Shown piece by piece: positions 40,690 to 57,259 of a DNA stretch of 64,000 bases. Source of the DNA: the human T2T-CHM13v2.0 reference genome, Homo sapiens; NCBI RefSeq assembly GCF_009914755.1, contig NC_060932.1. The stretch is one strand, 5' to 3'. The first letter of the stretch is position 1. The number at the start of each line of letters is the position of its first letter. Below the pieces are notes generated by a model. That model was not told the origin of the DNA. It saw only the letters and a program-made list of their open reading frames with translations, and searched no databases. A program made the position numbers and the translations under genes.

Positions 40690-41330
40690 ATCAAGGTTTA
40701 TGATTTACTATATATGGCTGCATTCTGTTTGCTAATATTTTCAGTGAGACTTTCATTATAAATCTCCCTAACTGAGGTTTCCCTGGTTTTCTGTGTTTCT
40801 TGTGGGATTTTTGATTTTTTCCTTTTTTGTTTGTTTGTTTTGGCACTAATACAGATTTTAGGTACAAATATTTTTTGTATGTTTGCTTTGTTAGGCTGAA
40901 TTGTGAATCATATCACTTTCTATGTTCTGAAACAATTTAATATAATAGTGCATAAATTAAATGTTCCCTGAAATATTTAAATAAATCACTTGTAGAAACT
41001 CAAAATATTTTATGTAGACTATTTGATAAGTGTTTAAATTTGACACTTGGTTATTATCTACATATATTGTATGCTTCATACTTAATCAATTTGACAGTTT
41101 TCAAAAAATAGTTGTTTATTCTCACTTTTAAATTTAACATACCATGGGGCATGATATTTTATGACAATAATAAACTTCTTCGAGTATTTAGGTTCTTAAA
41201 TTTTTTAAACTTTTGCTTAGATTTTCCAAAGTTTGTTGCTTTTTTGCCAAAAAAATCATCTTCTGATTTTTTTCCAAATAATCAGCTCTTTGGGATGATT
41301 ATTATTCCAATAATTAATTAGATTAATTAG
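40690..41330 (-). mobile_element. Highly degraded L1M ORF2 fragments
   Basis: ggctgcattctgtttgctaatatttt resembles antisense L1 ORF2. Confidence 0.45.
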
Positions 41331-41539
41331 TTCCATAATTTTAATATTACAATAACTCTTTTTGAAATACACAAGATGCCTAGATTTAGATAGATATTTA
41401 AAATAGATGTGTAAGGAAAATATTAAATAATGTTAAAAACTGAGTAATTTACTATAATATTGTTTCCAATTTTTTGGATTCTTCCATGTATCATTAAACT
41501 ATTAATCTTCTATTTTTTGCTGTAAAGGAGGTGAAGACA

Positions 41540-42130
41540 AACACAGAAGCAGATAAATATAACACAGACTCACAAACAGATAATTAGGCTATTAGTACAT
41601 GCATTCTAGAGATACACATAGGGTATTATAGAAACACACACATCAGTTTAGTTATCCAGCTAGGACCTGGGACATCAGGAAAAACCTCTCGGACAAAGTG
41701 ATACTTGAGCCTGGTGTTAAAGAATGTGTAGGAAAATTCAGGCAAAGCTGGGAAAGGGGAAGGGATAGGGCACTGCAGGGAGAGAAGAGAGTAGGGACAA
41801 AGACACAGAAATGTGACAAGGCATGGCCTGTGTTGGGAACCATGGCTGTTCGGGGTTACTGGAGTGTCACCATTGAGGTCAGGGAGGGAGGCATGGCCTC
41901 ATACACTCTGGTCAGGAATTGAACTCTATCCTAAGTGATACTGAGGTTTGAATATGGAAGAAAAGATTAAATTTGAGGTAGGGCAATTTCACTTTTTTGC
42001 CACATGTAGGATATATTTGAGAGACACAAGAATGGGAAACAGATTAGACAATGTTAGAGAGTTTAGAGATGAGAAAGAAGAGGTAAGAAAGTATTGATAG
42101 TGGTTTCAAGAAGTTTGCATTATAAGAACA
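41540..42130 (-). mobile_element. L2 fragments
   Basis: Purine-rich antisense L2 motifs (caggaaaaacctctcggacaaagtgatacttgagc...gaactctatcctaag). Confidence 0.55.
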
Positions 42131-42685
42131 GGGGTTCTTATAACCACTGATGTGGGTTTGCTGGGTGGTGTTTATTGGGACCCAAGATGAAGACAGGTTC
42201 AGAGGGTTTTTTTGTAAGATGGAAACATATTTCTATCCATACCTGCTGAGGAGAAGAAACTGATAGAGAAGGAGAGTGCATAGAAAAGGAAGATAAGGTT
42301 GAAGATGGAGCAGGTCCTGGAGGATGCCAAAGGTTTGGAATCAAGGTCATGGGTAGAGTTGGCATGATGGAAGAACGGATCTTGGACAAGAGTAGAAGCC
42401 CCTCATCTCCTGAGCATGGAGGAGATGTGCAAGGATCTTCCCCCCGTAAGCTGTAAATTTTCTTCTTTTATATTTTTTTTATTATACTTTAAGTTTTAGG
42501 GTACATGTGCACATTGTGCAGGTTAGTTACATATGTATACATGTGCCATGCTGGTGCGCTGCACCCACTAACTCGTCATCTAGCATTAGGTATATCTCCC
42601 AATGCTATCCCTCCCCCCTCCCCCCACCCCACCACAGTCCCCAGAGTGTGATATTCCCCTTCCTGTGTCCATGTGATCTCATTGT

Positions 42686-46540
<3,855 letters not shown>

Positions 46541-46576
46541 TTAGTTGATGCAGTTTCTTCCTAGTCTCGATGGTCT

Positions 46577-47590
46577 TTACCTTTTGGCATGATTTTGCAG
46601 TGGCTGGTACCGGTTGTTCCTTTCCATGTTTAGCGCTTCCTTCAGGAGCTCTTTTAGGGCAGGACTGGTGGTGACAAAATCTCTCAGCATTTGCTTGTCT
46701 GTAAAGGATTTTATTTCTCCTTCACTTATGAAGCTTTGTTTGGTTGGATATGAAATTCTGGGTTGAAAATTCTTTTCTTTAAGAATGTTGAATATTGGCC
46801 CCCACTCTCTTCTGGCTTGTAGGGTTTCTGCCGAGAGATCCGCTGTTAGTCTGATGGGCTTCCCTTTGAGGGTAACCCGACCTTTCTCTCTGGCTGCCCT
46901 TAACATTTTTTCCTTCATTTCAACTTTGGTGAGTCTGACAATTATGTGTCTTGGAGTTACTCTTCTCGAGGAGTATCTTTGTGGCGTTCTCTGTATTTCC
47001 TGAATCTGAACGTTGGCCTGCCTTGCTAGATTGGGGAAGTTCTCCTGGATAATATCCTGCAGAGTGTTTTCCAACTTGGTTCCATTCTCCCCATCACTTT
47101 CAGGTACACCAATCAGACGTAGATTTGGTCTTTTCACATAGTCCCATATTTCTTGGAGGCTTTGCTCAGTTCTTTTTATTCTTTTTTCTCTAAACTTCCC
47201 TTCTCGCTTCATTTCATTCATTTCATCTTCCATTGCTGATACCCTTTCTTCCAGTTGATCGCATCGGCTCCTGAGGCTTCTGCATTCTTCACGTAGTTCT
47301 CGAGCCTTGGTTTTCAGCTCCATCAGCTCCTTTAAGCACTTCTCTGTATTGGTTATTCTAGTTATACATTCTTCTAAATTTTTTTCAAAGTTTTCAACTT
47401 CTTTGCCTTTGGTTTGAATGTCCTCCCGTAGCTCAGAGTAATTTGATCGTCTGAAGCCTTCTTCTCTCAGCTCGTCAAAGTCATTCTCCATCCAGCTTTG
47501 TTCCGTTGCTGGTGAGGAACTGCGTTCCTTTGGAGGAGAGGCGCTCTGCATTTTAGAGTTTCCAGTTTTTCTGTTCTGTTTTCTCCCCAT
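46577..47590 (-). CDS. ORF1: L1 ORF1p RNA-binding chaperone (337 aa)
   Basis: Coiled coil, REKG and ARR motifs present; one Pro missing (SASPPKE); 63-bp spacer to ORF2. Confidence 0.97.
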   Translation of the reverse strand: MGRKQNRKTGNSKMQSASPPKERSSSPATEQSWMENDFDELREEGFRRSNYSELREDIQTKGKEVENFEKNLEECITRITNTEKCLKELMELKTKARELREECRSLRSRCDQLEERVSAMEDEMNEMKREGKFREKRIKRTEQSLQEIWDYVKRPNLRLIGVPESDGENGTKLENTLQDIIQENFPNLARQANVQIQEIQRTPQRYSSRRVTPRHIIVRLTKVEMKEKMLRAAREKGRVTLKGKPIRLTADLSAETLQARREWGPIFNILKEKNFQPRISYPTKQSFISEGEIKSFTDKQMLRDFVTTSPALKELLKEALNMERNNRYQPLQNHAKR

Positions 47591-48493
47591 CTTTGTGGTT
47601 TTATCTACTTTTGGTCTTTGATGATGGTGATGTACAGATGGGTTTTCGGTGTGGATGTCCTTTCTGTTTGTTAGTTTTCCTTCTAACAGACAGGACCCTC
47701 AGCTGCAGGTCTGTTGGAATACCCTGCCGTGTGAGGTGTCAGTGTGCCCCTGCTGGGGGTGCCTCCCAGTTAGGCTGCTCGGGGGACAGGGGTCAGGGAC
47801 CCACTTGAGGAGGCAGTCTGCCGGTTCTCAGATCTCCAGCTGCATGCTGGGAGAACCACTGCTCTCTTCAAAGCTGTCAGACAGGGACACTTAAGTCTGC
47901 AGAGGTTACTGCTGTCTTTTTGTTTGTCTGTGCCCTGCCCCCAGAGGTGGAGCCTACAGAGGCAGGCAGGCCTCCTTGAGCTGTGGTGGGCTCCACCCAG
48001 TTCGAGCTTCCCGGCTGCTTTGTTTACCTAAGCAAGCCTGGGCAATGGCGGGCGCCCCTCCCCCAGCCTCGCTGCCGCCTTGCAGTTTGATCTCAGACTG
48101 CTGTGCTAGCAATCAGCGAGATTCCGTGGGCGTAGGCCCCTCCGAGCCAGGTGTGGGATATAGTCTCGTGGTGCGCCGTTTTTTAAGCCGGACTGAAAAG
48201 CGCAATATTCGGGTGGGAGTGACCCGATTTTCCAGGTGTGTCCGTCACCCCTTTCTTTGACTCGGAAAGGGGACTCCCTGACCCCTTGCGCTTCCCAAGT
48301 GAGGCAATGCCTCGCCCTGCTTCGGCTCGCGCACGGTGCGCACACCCACTGACCTGCGCCCACTGTCTGGCACTTCCTAGTGAGATGAACCCGGTACCTC
48401 AGATGGAAATGCAGAAATCACCCGTCTTCTGCGTCGCTCACGCTGGGAGCTGTAGACCGGAGCTGTTCCTATTCAGCCATCTTGGCTCCTCCC
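47591..48493 (-). promoter_or_regulatory. L1 5' UTR: CpG-rich sense and antisense promoters
   Basis: About 900-bp CpG-rich UTR; YY1 core AAGATGGC at the 5' end. Confidence 0.92.
48045..48260 (+). CDS. ORF0: L1 antisense ORF0 (71 aa)
   Basis: gcaATGg start; MAGAPPPASLPPCSLISDCCASNQRDSVGVGPSEPG...RHPFL; donors after nt 106 (48150) and nt 191 (48235). Confidence 0.88.
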   Translation: MAGAPPPASLPPCSLISDCCASNQRDSVGVGPSEPGVGYSLVVRRFLSRTEKRNIRVGVTRFSRCVRHPFL

Positions 48494-49359
48494 AAGCTGT
48501 AAATTTTCTGAGGCCTGAGATCCTGAATCTTAGCAGATGGTAAACACTACATCTCTTGTTGGTGAGTGAAAGAATGGATGGAAGTAGACGTCATAGGTAA
48601 AAGTGAATAAAATATTGAGGGGGATCACCCCCACAGCCTCAGTTTGCTTAAGGAAATGTCTAGGTCATATTGGCAAGCTATTAGTATGCATTAATTTTGT
48701 TCAACATCTGTCATTTCTTCAGTGGAAGCATCAGGACCCTTCCTTCCCCTGGGGCTCCACACTGCTGAATCTGCTACACCTTCACTGAGTCTTTTCACTG
48801 AACCTTTCCTGGTAACCCAGTTTTTATTAGACCCTGGTAATGAACAGGCCCTCCTGCAGAGTGTGGCCTTGGCAACTGGATATCTCAGGACCAGCTGAGA
48901 ACGCCATGAGTAGGGGCTGTTAAATAAACTTAAACCACCCTTTCCCCACCTTAAATAGCACGTGTATCATTTTAACTCCAAGACAAGTCAGTGTTAGCAT
49001 TTCTCTGATGCTCAGCACTTGCCTTGCTCCCCATTCAACTCCCCACCATGTGACAATGGTTTCCTGACTGTCAGCAGTGTGGTCCTCACATATTTACAAG
49101 GCATGGATGGTGCACTTCCAGAGGCTCATGTCCAAGTCGTATTTACTTGCATGTACTCAATGCTTAATCCAATGCTGGGCATCATGTAATTGTATCAAGC
49201 AGTGAACAAACAAATAAATGAATGGTCAGATTTTTTAAAAAACGTGTACCTCCTTGGAACACCACTGACTGACCTGAAAGTTCCTTCTTGCCTTCCTGCC
49301 TCCTCCTCCCTGGCCCCAGCTCCCTCTCCCCTTCCATGTCCCAGATGTCAACTCCAAGC

Positions 49360-49518
49360 CACCAGTTCTTAACTTCGCCTGCACTTTGGTGTCCTCCAGC
49401 GATTTAAAAATATAGATGTCTTGGTCCTGCTCCTGGAGATTTTGATTTGGTTGGTCATGAGTATGACTCTTTTAAAACAACCCATGGGACCCTATTGTGC
49501 AGCCCAAGTTGAAAACGG
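49360..49518. mobile_element. MER5-like hAT-Charlie element
   Basis: cagttcttaactt...tttaaaaatatagatg...gagattttgatttggttggtc...tgtgcagcccaagttgaaaac. Confidence 0.6.
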
Positions 49519-49854
49519 TGTCTTCCTCGCACTGACTGAGGACGTCGGTTCTGATGTCTTCCTCGCACTGACTGAGGATCTCGGTTCTCATATCTTCCTC
49601 ACACTGACTGAGGATCTCGGTTCTGATGTCTTCCTCGCACTGACTGAGGATCTCTGTTTTGATGTCTCCCTCGCACTGACTGAGGATCTCGGTTCTCATA
49701 TCTTCCTCTCATTGACTGAGGATCTCGGTTCTCATATCTGTCTCGCACTGACGGAGGATCTCGGTTCTGGTGTCTTCCTCGCACTTGAGGATCTCGGTTC
49801 TGGTGTCTTCTTCGCACTGACTGAGGACCTCGGTTCTGGTGTCTGCCTCGGCAC
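49519..49854. repeat. 36-bp minisatellite, about 9.4 copies
   Basis: Unit tgtcttcctcgcactgactgaggatctcggttctga starting at 49519, 49555, 49591, 49627, 49663, 49699, 49735, 49771 (33 bp), 49804 and 49840 (partial). Confidence 0.97.
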
Positions 49855-50629
49855 CTGCATCCCACCTGCTTCGCACCTGCTTTTCACCTCTATAATCCTC
49901 ACCACCTTATCAGGAGCTGCTCGTTCTGGCCAGAAGCAGGCCTAATACAAGCTTCTTGTGTGCACATCAGTGACACGCAGCAGCAGCGAGCAGCTCAGTT
50001 CCTCCATCTCAGATTGTCTGAGAGACTGCTTTCGAATCGCTGCTTCCCATGCATTGAGCCACCTGGAAGGGTTTCCTATAATCACATACAACAGGGAGCT
50101 GTTCTTCTCCTAGGACGGCCTCTCCTAGTGGGGACAATAGTCTATCTTCTTCTCTCATGGTGGGCTTGTTGCTCTCTGTCCACGCCCCATAGCACCCTCA
50201 TTCCTTTAAAGCAGAGACTGTGTAAATTCTTTAAATTATGCTTAAAATCAGTCATTCTCAGGGTGAAAGCAGATTTCTCCTGAGGATATGGCTACTTAGA
50301 TTGTGCTACTGGCTTTGTATCATAAAGAGAAATGGTTGTGCGCGTTGTCCGTTTCAGTTCCACTTATTAGGAAGAGCATGCCGTCTTACCCGCAGCTCTG
50401 CTGCCACCTCCTGGCCGCCTTTAGAATAACAGCTTTTCAGCTCTTGCTAAATAGCTTGTTTTTCTTGGACATCACTACTTTGTTTTGCGTTTCTTTCTCA
50501 TTTCCTTTCCCCCTCATATTCTCACCATTACTCTTCTAGACTTTGGTTAGACTATTTAATGTCTCTTATAGATTCGTGTGGCAAAGCTGAGAATTTATTT
50601 TTTATTATGGAGCTGACCAAGTCAGAAAA

Positions 50630-50638
50630 ACACACATA

Positions 50639-50690
<52 letters not shown>

Positions 50691-50733
50691 ACACACACAG
50701 AGAGAGAGAGAGAGAGAGGAGGGAGAGAGAGAG
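50630..50733. repeat. Compound (CA)n(GA)n microsatellite
   Basis: Direct observation. Confidence 0.97.
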
Positions 50734-50867
50734 AATTAGCCATTTGCACTTTGCTGCCAATTAAGCAGGCACTTGATATATCTAGGCAATGCACCAGCTG
50801 GCCCCGCCATGCTTCATGCTTGAATCAGCCAGGCTAGCAGCATCTTCCACCTGGCCAGCATCCCCAT

Positions 50868-51603
50868 GTGTATTATTTGTCCATTCTTGCACTGGTATAA
50901 AGAAATACCTGAGACTGGGTAATTTGTATGGTTCTGCATGCTGTACAGGAAGCATAGTGGCTTCTGCTTCTGGGAAGGCCTCAGGAAACTTACAATCATA
51001 ATGGAAAGTGAAGGGGAAGCAGGCACATCTTACATGGCTGGAGCAGAGGCAAGAGAGTGAGGGGGGAGGTGCTACACACTTTTAAACAACCAGATCTCAT
51101 GAGAACTCTATCACAAGAACAGCACTAGAGGGATGGTGCTAATGCATTAGAAACCGCCTCCATGATCCAATCACCCCCCTCAAGACTTCACCTTGGGTAT
51201 TTCTTTTCTTTCTTTTCCTTTCCTTTCCTTTCCTTCTCTTTTCCTTCCTTCCTTCCTTCCTTCCTTCCTTCCTTCCTTCCTTCCTTCCTTCCTTCCTTCC
51301 TTCCTTTCTCTTTCTTTCTGGCAGAGTCTCCCGACCTCCTGGAGCTTCAAGCAAACCTCCCACCTCAGCCTCCGGAGTAGCTGGGACAACAGGTGTGCTT
51401 GACCACACCTGGCTATTTTTTTTTTTTCAGATGTGGTTTCATTTCCCTTTGTTGCCCAGGCTGGTATCAAACTCCTGGCTTCTCGTGATCCACCTGCCTC
51501 TACTTCCAAAGTGCTGAGATTACAGGTGTGAGCCACCGTGCCTGGACCTGGGAATACATTTCAACTTGAGATTTGGGTGGGGACACAGATCCAAACCATA
51601 TCA
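50868..51603 (-). mobile_element. MST LTR with a nested AluJ-like element (about 51200-51547) and (TTCC)n tail
   Basis: tgtattatttgtccattcttgcactggtataaagaaatacctgagactggg...gatccaaaccatatca. Confidence 0.85.
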
Positions 51604-52327
51604 CCATGATAGCCATTGTTTTATTATCAAAGGCAGTATTAAATACTATAGCAAATAAGCTTTTTGGTGAACTCCTACCTTCATCTTTTAAGTCATTTTT
51701 ATGATAGATATTAATTTCATTTTAATGTTTTGTGATTATTACTAATGTTTATCAGTAGAAGCTAACATTAATACTCTCTAATATGAAGAATAATTTCTTA
51801 AAAAACACAAATTTAAGGAGATACTTTTACTTTTTAGCCTACATTTTTTCTCAGTGAAACAGTATTTTGGTGCCCACTCCCCTCTTACTTTATGCCATTG
51901 AACTATGGAACCAGTTTAGATCATTGGCTTGGATTAAAAATGGTAAAAATATTTTTTTTTCCTAAGAGCAAAGTGTCCCTTAGTACATACAAGGTTTGGG
52001 TCATTTGGTGGATTTTGAGAAAGTAAACGCGAACTTAAAATGCTTAGTTTAATTTCCCTAATCACACAGATGATTGGCAGCATATCCACATTTTACCAAC
52101 TCTGAACACACAAGGGAAAGGAAAACACCTCTACTTAGTACTGCTAAATATGAATTTCCTGCAATTAGCTCCAAATAATTTCAGTTTTCAAAGTCTTTTA
52201 GTACTAACACTGTAATGTCAAGTATATAAAACATAGAACTGAATAATTACTGAGACCACATCTGTAATTTGCCTACAGGTGAGCTGCATTTTGATTGCAT
52301 GGCTCCTTCCTTAGGCAATAACAGACC

Positions 52328-52575
52328 AATCAATTATTTTCTAGATTAGCAATGCCCAATAGAACTTTCTGTCATATATCTGTGCTGTTCAATGTGATAG
52401 CCACTAGGATCATAACCAAATGTATCTACTGAGCACTTGAAATGTATTGGTGCTACTAGTACTATTAGTAAGTAGTGCCACTAGTGCTGCTGAGGAACCA
52501 AGTTTTAACTTTATTTACTTTGAATTAATTTAAATATATATAGTCATGTATGATAGTAGCTATTGTTACTGCAGT
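52328..52575. mobile_element. MER3-like hAT-Charlie element
   Basis: ccaatagaactttctg...ctgtgctgttcaat...tagccactag...gagcacttgaaatgt. Confidence 0.7.
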
Positions 52576-52829
52576 ACACTGTGCTGGTTGATACAAATGA
52601 CTTAGGCCACAAGTCAACATGTTTCTCAAATTGACTTTGTGGGTTAAATCTTGTTCAACTATGTAAGCATACCTAATCAGAGAAGGCTGTTAAAATTATA
52701 CTTTTAAGGGGAATCCCCAGTCTTTTTCCTGACCTAACTCTTGATCAGATTCTCTCCAATCCCACTAGTTCTCTGTAAAGCTCACCCCCCAGTGCCACCC
52801 TTCAACCCACCTCTTCTTGCCTCTTCTGT

Positions 52830-53860
52830 GAGCTGATGGATACTTTTTTTGTCCTTTGTGGACCTCCCATTCATATGCTGCCTCTTACCATGGGTCTCAG
52901 CATTCCACACATTCTCCCTGGGTTATCCCACTCATTTCACAGTTTTAATTCCTATCGCTGTGCTGCTGATTTCCAAATCTGTAGAAGCAGCAACCCTTAC
53001 CTGGGCAATACTTCTCAAAGCTAGATCCAGCTACTTCATGGACATCTTCACCTGGGCAGCTCCCATGTGAAATATCTATAACTAAACTTACATTCTTCTA
53101 AGTCTGCTTCTCCTGTAAGCTGTATTTCCACTACAGCCCATCAGTTACCCAAGTCAGATACTGAGTCCACCATCTCACCTTTTTCTCCTTCACTTTCCCC
53201 ACATTGTACTGATTTTAGCTCCTGATAGTTTCCAAATCCATCTCTCAACTCTCCATCCTCATAGCTATTGCCTTATTCAGTCTTTCATCATCTCTCTCCT
53301 ACTGCAATGTTTCACATGATGGTTTCCTTATTTTGTTTTGTCTTCCTCAAATCCTTTCTCCCCACAGCCATGTCTTTCTAAAGACATCTTTGCCACTCAA
53401 CACTCTCCCATGGCTCCTGCATTGCCTAAGGATTAAGACCAGAGCTCTTAACACTGTTCACCATGACCTGCTCCATGTAATGACCCAGCCTCAACCCCCA
53501 CCACTCCAGTCTCTCACTCTGCCCTGTCATGCTTTCAACTGCTTGTGTCTCCCTGGACACACTGCTGTTTCCCATCTCTCTTTTTCATACCTCTGGGGTT
53601 TTATCCATTTTGCTCCATTCACTAGAAATATTCTCTGACCACCCTCCCTTCTTTCCTGGCTAAGAACTATTTATTCAGGCACAATTCAAGCAGCATTTCC
53701 TCTAGGAAGCCTCCATTCAATTCCTGGACTAGACAAAATTACCTTACACAGTCTTTTTGCATATCGTTGTCACTGTAATTATAATTGTTAATTTTCTCAT
53801 TCACTAACTTGAATGCAAGGATTTTCTCTTATTCAATGCGCAGTTGATGCTCAAAATTTT
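52830..53860 (+). mobile_element. L2 fragments
   Basis: Pyrimidine-rich L2 motifs (ctcccatggctcctgcattgcctaaggattaagacc; cctctaggaagcct). Confidence 0.65.
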
Positions 53861-54939
53861 TATCAAACTTTTGCATGAAATTCGCATCAAATTGTAAAAG
53901 CTATTTCTCCATTGCAATAGGTGTATAGAAAAGTAAAGGGTGAGTGGTTATAGAAGAAAATTTTGAGTAGCTCTGGATAGGACTTTTCTATATCCAAATT
54001 GTCCCAAACTCTCTACACAAACTTGCCAATCACAATGGATTATTATCAATTTTCAACAAAATCATCCCAAGTGACCTGTAGCTCATCTCAAATGCCTGCT
54101 TTGAAAATGAACATTCAAAGTCAATGCTACCAAATAATGCCAATGAGACAAAGCATCAAAGAAACACTAAAAAAGAATCATTTTAAAAGTTTGCCTTTAT
54201 CAATGTTGTTCAAAGCCTGATTATGAGGGCTTAATTTTGTCCTCCCCTGTGCTTTGTTGGGCTTGTCAATTCTTTAGTAGATGGATCCTTGTGATCAGGA
54301 CTAAGCTCTGGGCTTGGATCACTGTGCTGGCTCAGTGTCTATAGCTTCTTGGCCTGCCTGCACTCCTCACACTGTGCCCTGGGTGCTAAACACCCCATCC
54401 ACACCTGAAATCCACACTCCACACAGAGATGTCATCTCTCTGGACCACCTTCACTGTGCAAAAACCAGCTGCTTGCAAGAATGGCTTGATCTGGTGAGTG
54501 ATGTATGGAGCAGCCAATTTCTCTTTTAAACTAAAAGTCAAAATAGTTAAAATTTTGCTAACCTTAAGGCATTATATTTAGATGATCTCCTCTTCAAAGT
54601 GGAAGCATGGTGGTTAAAAGGGAAATGTGATTTTCTATCAATTTAATTGAATTGAATTTTCCCTCAGGTGTGGTGTTTTCAAATTTACAAACTCTTAGAC
54701 CTTTCAGATTTTACAGTCACACTACAACTGTGAGCTAGTATTTTACTTAATGATGTCATTACATGAGTAGCATTATACCCATCATTTAAAGGAATCCTGG
54801 GTAAAAAAATCACTGATATTATAGAAAGTCATTCCAGAGTTAGAGACATACACCTATATACAAGAAACAGTTACAAATTATTTTGAATCAGAAAACTTGT
54901 CAAAAATTTAAATGATTTAACCAATTTTTATAGTACTCT

Positions 54940-55292
54940 TGTCTTAGTCCGTTCGTGGGGTTATAACAAAATACCTGAGACTGAGTCACTTATAAACAAC
55001 ATAAATTTATTTCTCACAGTTCTGGAGGCTGGGAAGTCTGAGATCAAGGCACTGGCAAGTTGATGGTTGGTGAAAGCTGCCCTCTCTGCTTCCAAGATAC
55101 AGCTTTGTGGCCGCATCCTTCAGAGGGAATGAATACTATATCCTCACATGGCATAAACCCTTTAATAAGGCACTAATCCATTAGCCTACATGGTCTAACC
55201 CCTCCTGAAGGCTCCATCTCTTTATTCTGTTGCATTGGGAATTAAGTTTCAACACAAATTTTGAATGGGGCACAAACATTTAAACCATAGCA
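54940..55292 (-). mobile_element. MaLR LTR (MSTD/MLT1A-like)
   Basis: tgtcttagtccgtt...tttatttctcacagttctggaggctgggaagtctgagatcaagg...aaaccatagca. Confidence 0.82.
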
Positions 55293-55829
55293 ATTCTCTT
55301 TGATTTATCATTTTTTTATAAAGTAGGCTACTTAAAAATTCATTAGATTCCTTAATACTCAAACTAAGAAGCTTTTATCAAGGAGTTTTTATCATAGTTC
55401 TACAAAATTGGAATGCCACAAGGCAGAACTCTCATGAAGTCATTTTTTTCCAATGTAATATATATTTAAAGGCAGATTGATTACAGTCGATGAATTTTCA
55501 ACACTAATCTCACATTGAAAAAGCTGGTAACTGAGAAGAACAAGTTGTTTAGCACAAATATTCAGTGAAGTTGCACGCTTTCAAAAGAGAAAAACTAGCT
55601 TTGACTCCATGTAGCTTTCTGCTCCACCCATCTTTAGTTGTAAAAGGGAGAGAGGCACAAAGCAGAATCAATTATTGTTCCTTGCAGGAAACTAGAAATT
55701 CTTTCCACTTGACCCATTTCACCCACTCATTGAAATTGTACCCTTTGTAATACATTTTTTTTAAATCTGCAGTTTGCTGTGAAGTTTTATAAACCAACCT
55801 GTGATACATATTTTGACTCAACAAGCTAT

Positions 55830-56126
55830 TTTATTTTTCTTTTTTAAGAGGCAGGATCTTGCTCTGTCACCCAAACTGGAGTGCAGTGGCACAATCATAG
55901 CTCACTGCAGTCTCAAACTTCTGGCCTCAATGAATCCTCCTGCTTTTGCCCATAGCTGGGACTACAGGTGTGTGCCATCATGCAGAGCTAATTTATTTTT
56001 ATTTTTTGTAGAGAAGGCATCTCACTATGTTGCCCAGGCTGGTTTCAAAATCCTGACTTTAAGCAATTCTCTCACCTTAGCCTTCCCAAACACTGGGATT
56101 ACAGGCAGAAGCCACTGTGCCTGACC
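55830..56126 (-). mobile_element. AluJ
   Basis: Diverged antisense Alu with J diagnostics. Confidence 0.88.
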
Positions 56127-56232
56127 AAAAAAGCTTGTATTTCTTAAAGTGCTTTGCTTTTAAGTGCTGGACACAATTTTTAAAAGCATATTTAAATAGC
56201 ATGTGTACCCAGGCCCTCCACATATTAGATGA

Positions 56233-56625
<393 letters not shown>

Positions 56626-57259
56626 ACTGCTGTTTATTTCCACGTGAAGGAGCTCAGTTGGTGTAATTCAAGCCTGAGCCTCCTTCTGCTCCTTTGCTCA
56701 GTCTGTTCCCAGGAGGTGGAAAACTCCTCTGACTATTACGTGTCAACTCTGAGGAAGATACTTTTCAGGAAGGATGAAGGGAGCTTGCTTGGCTCAGCTC
56801 TGCCCTCTTCCTCTTGGAGAAGGGGTGCATAGCAACCTCCCATTTCCCTCTGCACTCCCAAGCTCTGCCACTGCCTGTCAGCCTGGCTTTCACAAGCTGT
56901 GCATTTGTCCTCCGAACTAAGCGTTAGTCTCCAATTTAGCCTTTGTCATAGTATATTTTATGTCTCGCTTCATGTTTCATTTCTCAGCCTATTCAGATCT
57001 CCAGCTGAGATAAAAGTGTGAGTTTTTATTTTAGAACCTGTCACATACCTCAATACTTAGTGCATGAACAAGGAACACTGACAAATATAAAGACAAGAGG
57101 GGAATTTGGGGAAGACAGGCTGTTCGTGGGAGCAAGGTTTTGTGGCTTTGGACTTTGGACTTCAATGTATAAAGAGTAATTGACCTTCACATTTTCTACA
57201 GGATCATATGAGATCAGATGAGATTTTAAAATTGTGCAGTGGCCTATGGTGAATTTTTT

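Noticed and set aside
42448-42480. 3' transduction by the L1PA2
   Set aside because: The A-rich tail abuts the TSD directly with no extra sequence.
49519-49854. 36-bp repeats as a CRISPR array
   Set aside because: Units are head to tail with no unique spacers, there are no cas genes, and the DNA is primate.
51139-51536. Low-complexity ORFs (EGRK/PSFL repeats), and the HT/ER repeat ORFs near 50.6 kb
   Set aside because: Translations of (TTCC)n and (CA)n(GA)n microsatellites.
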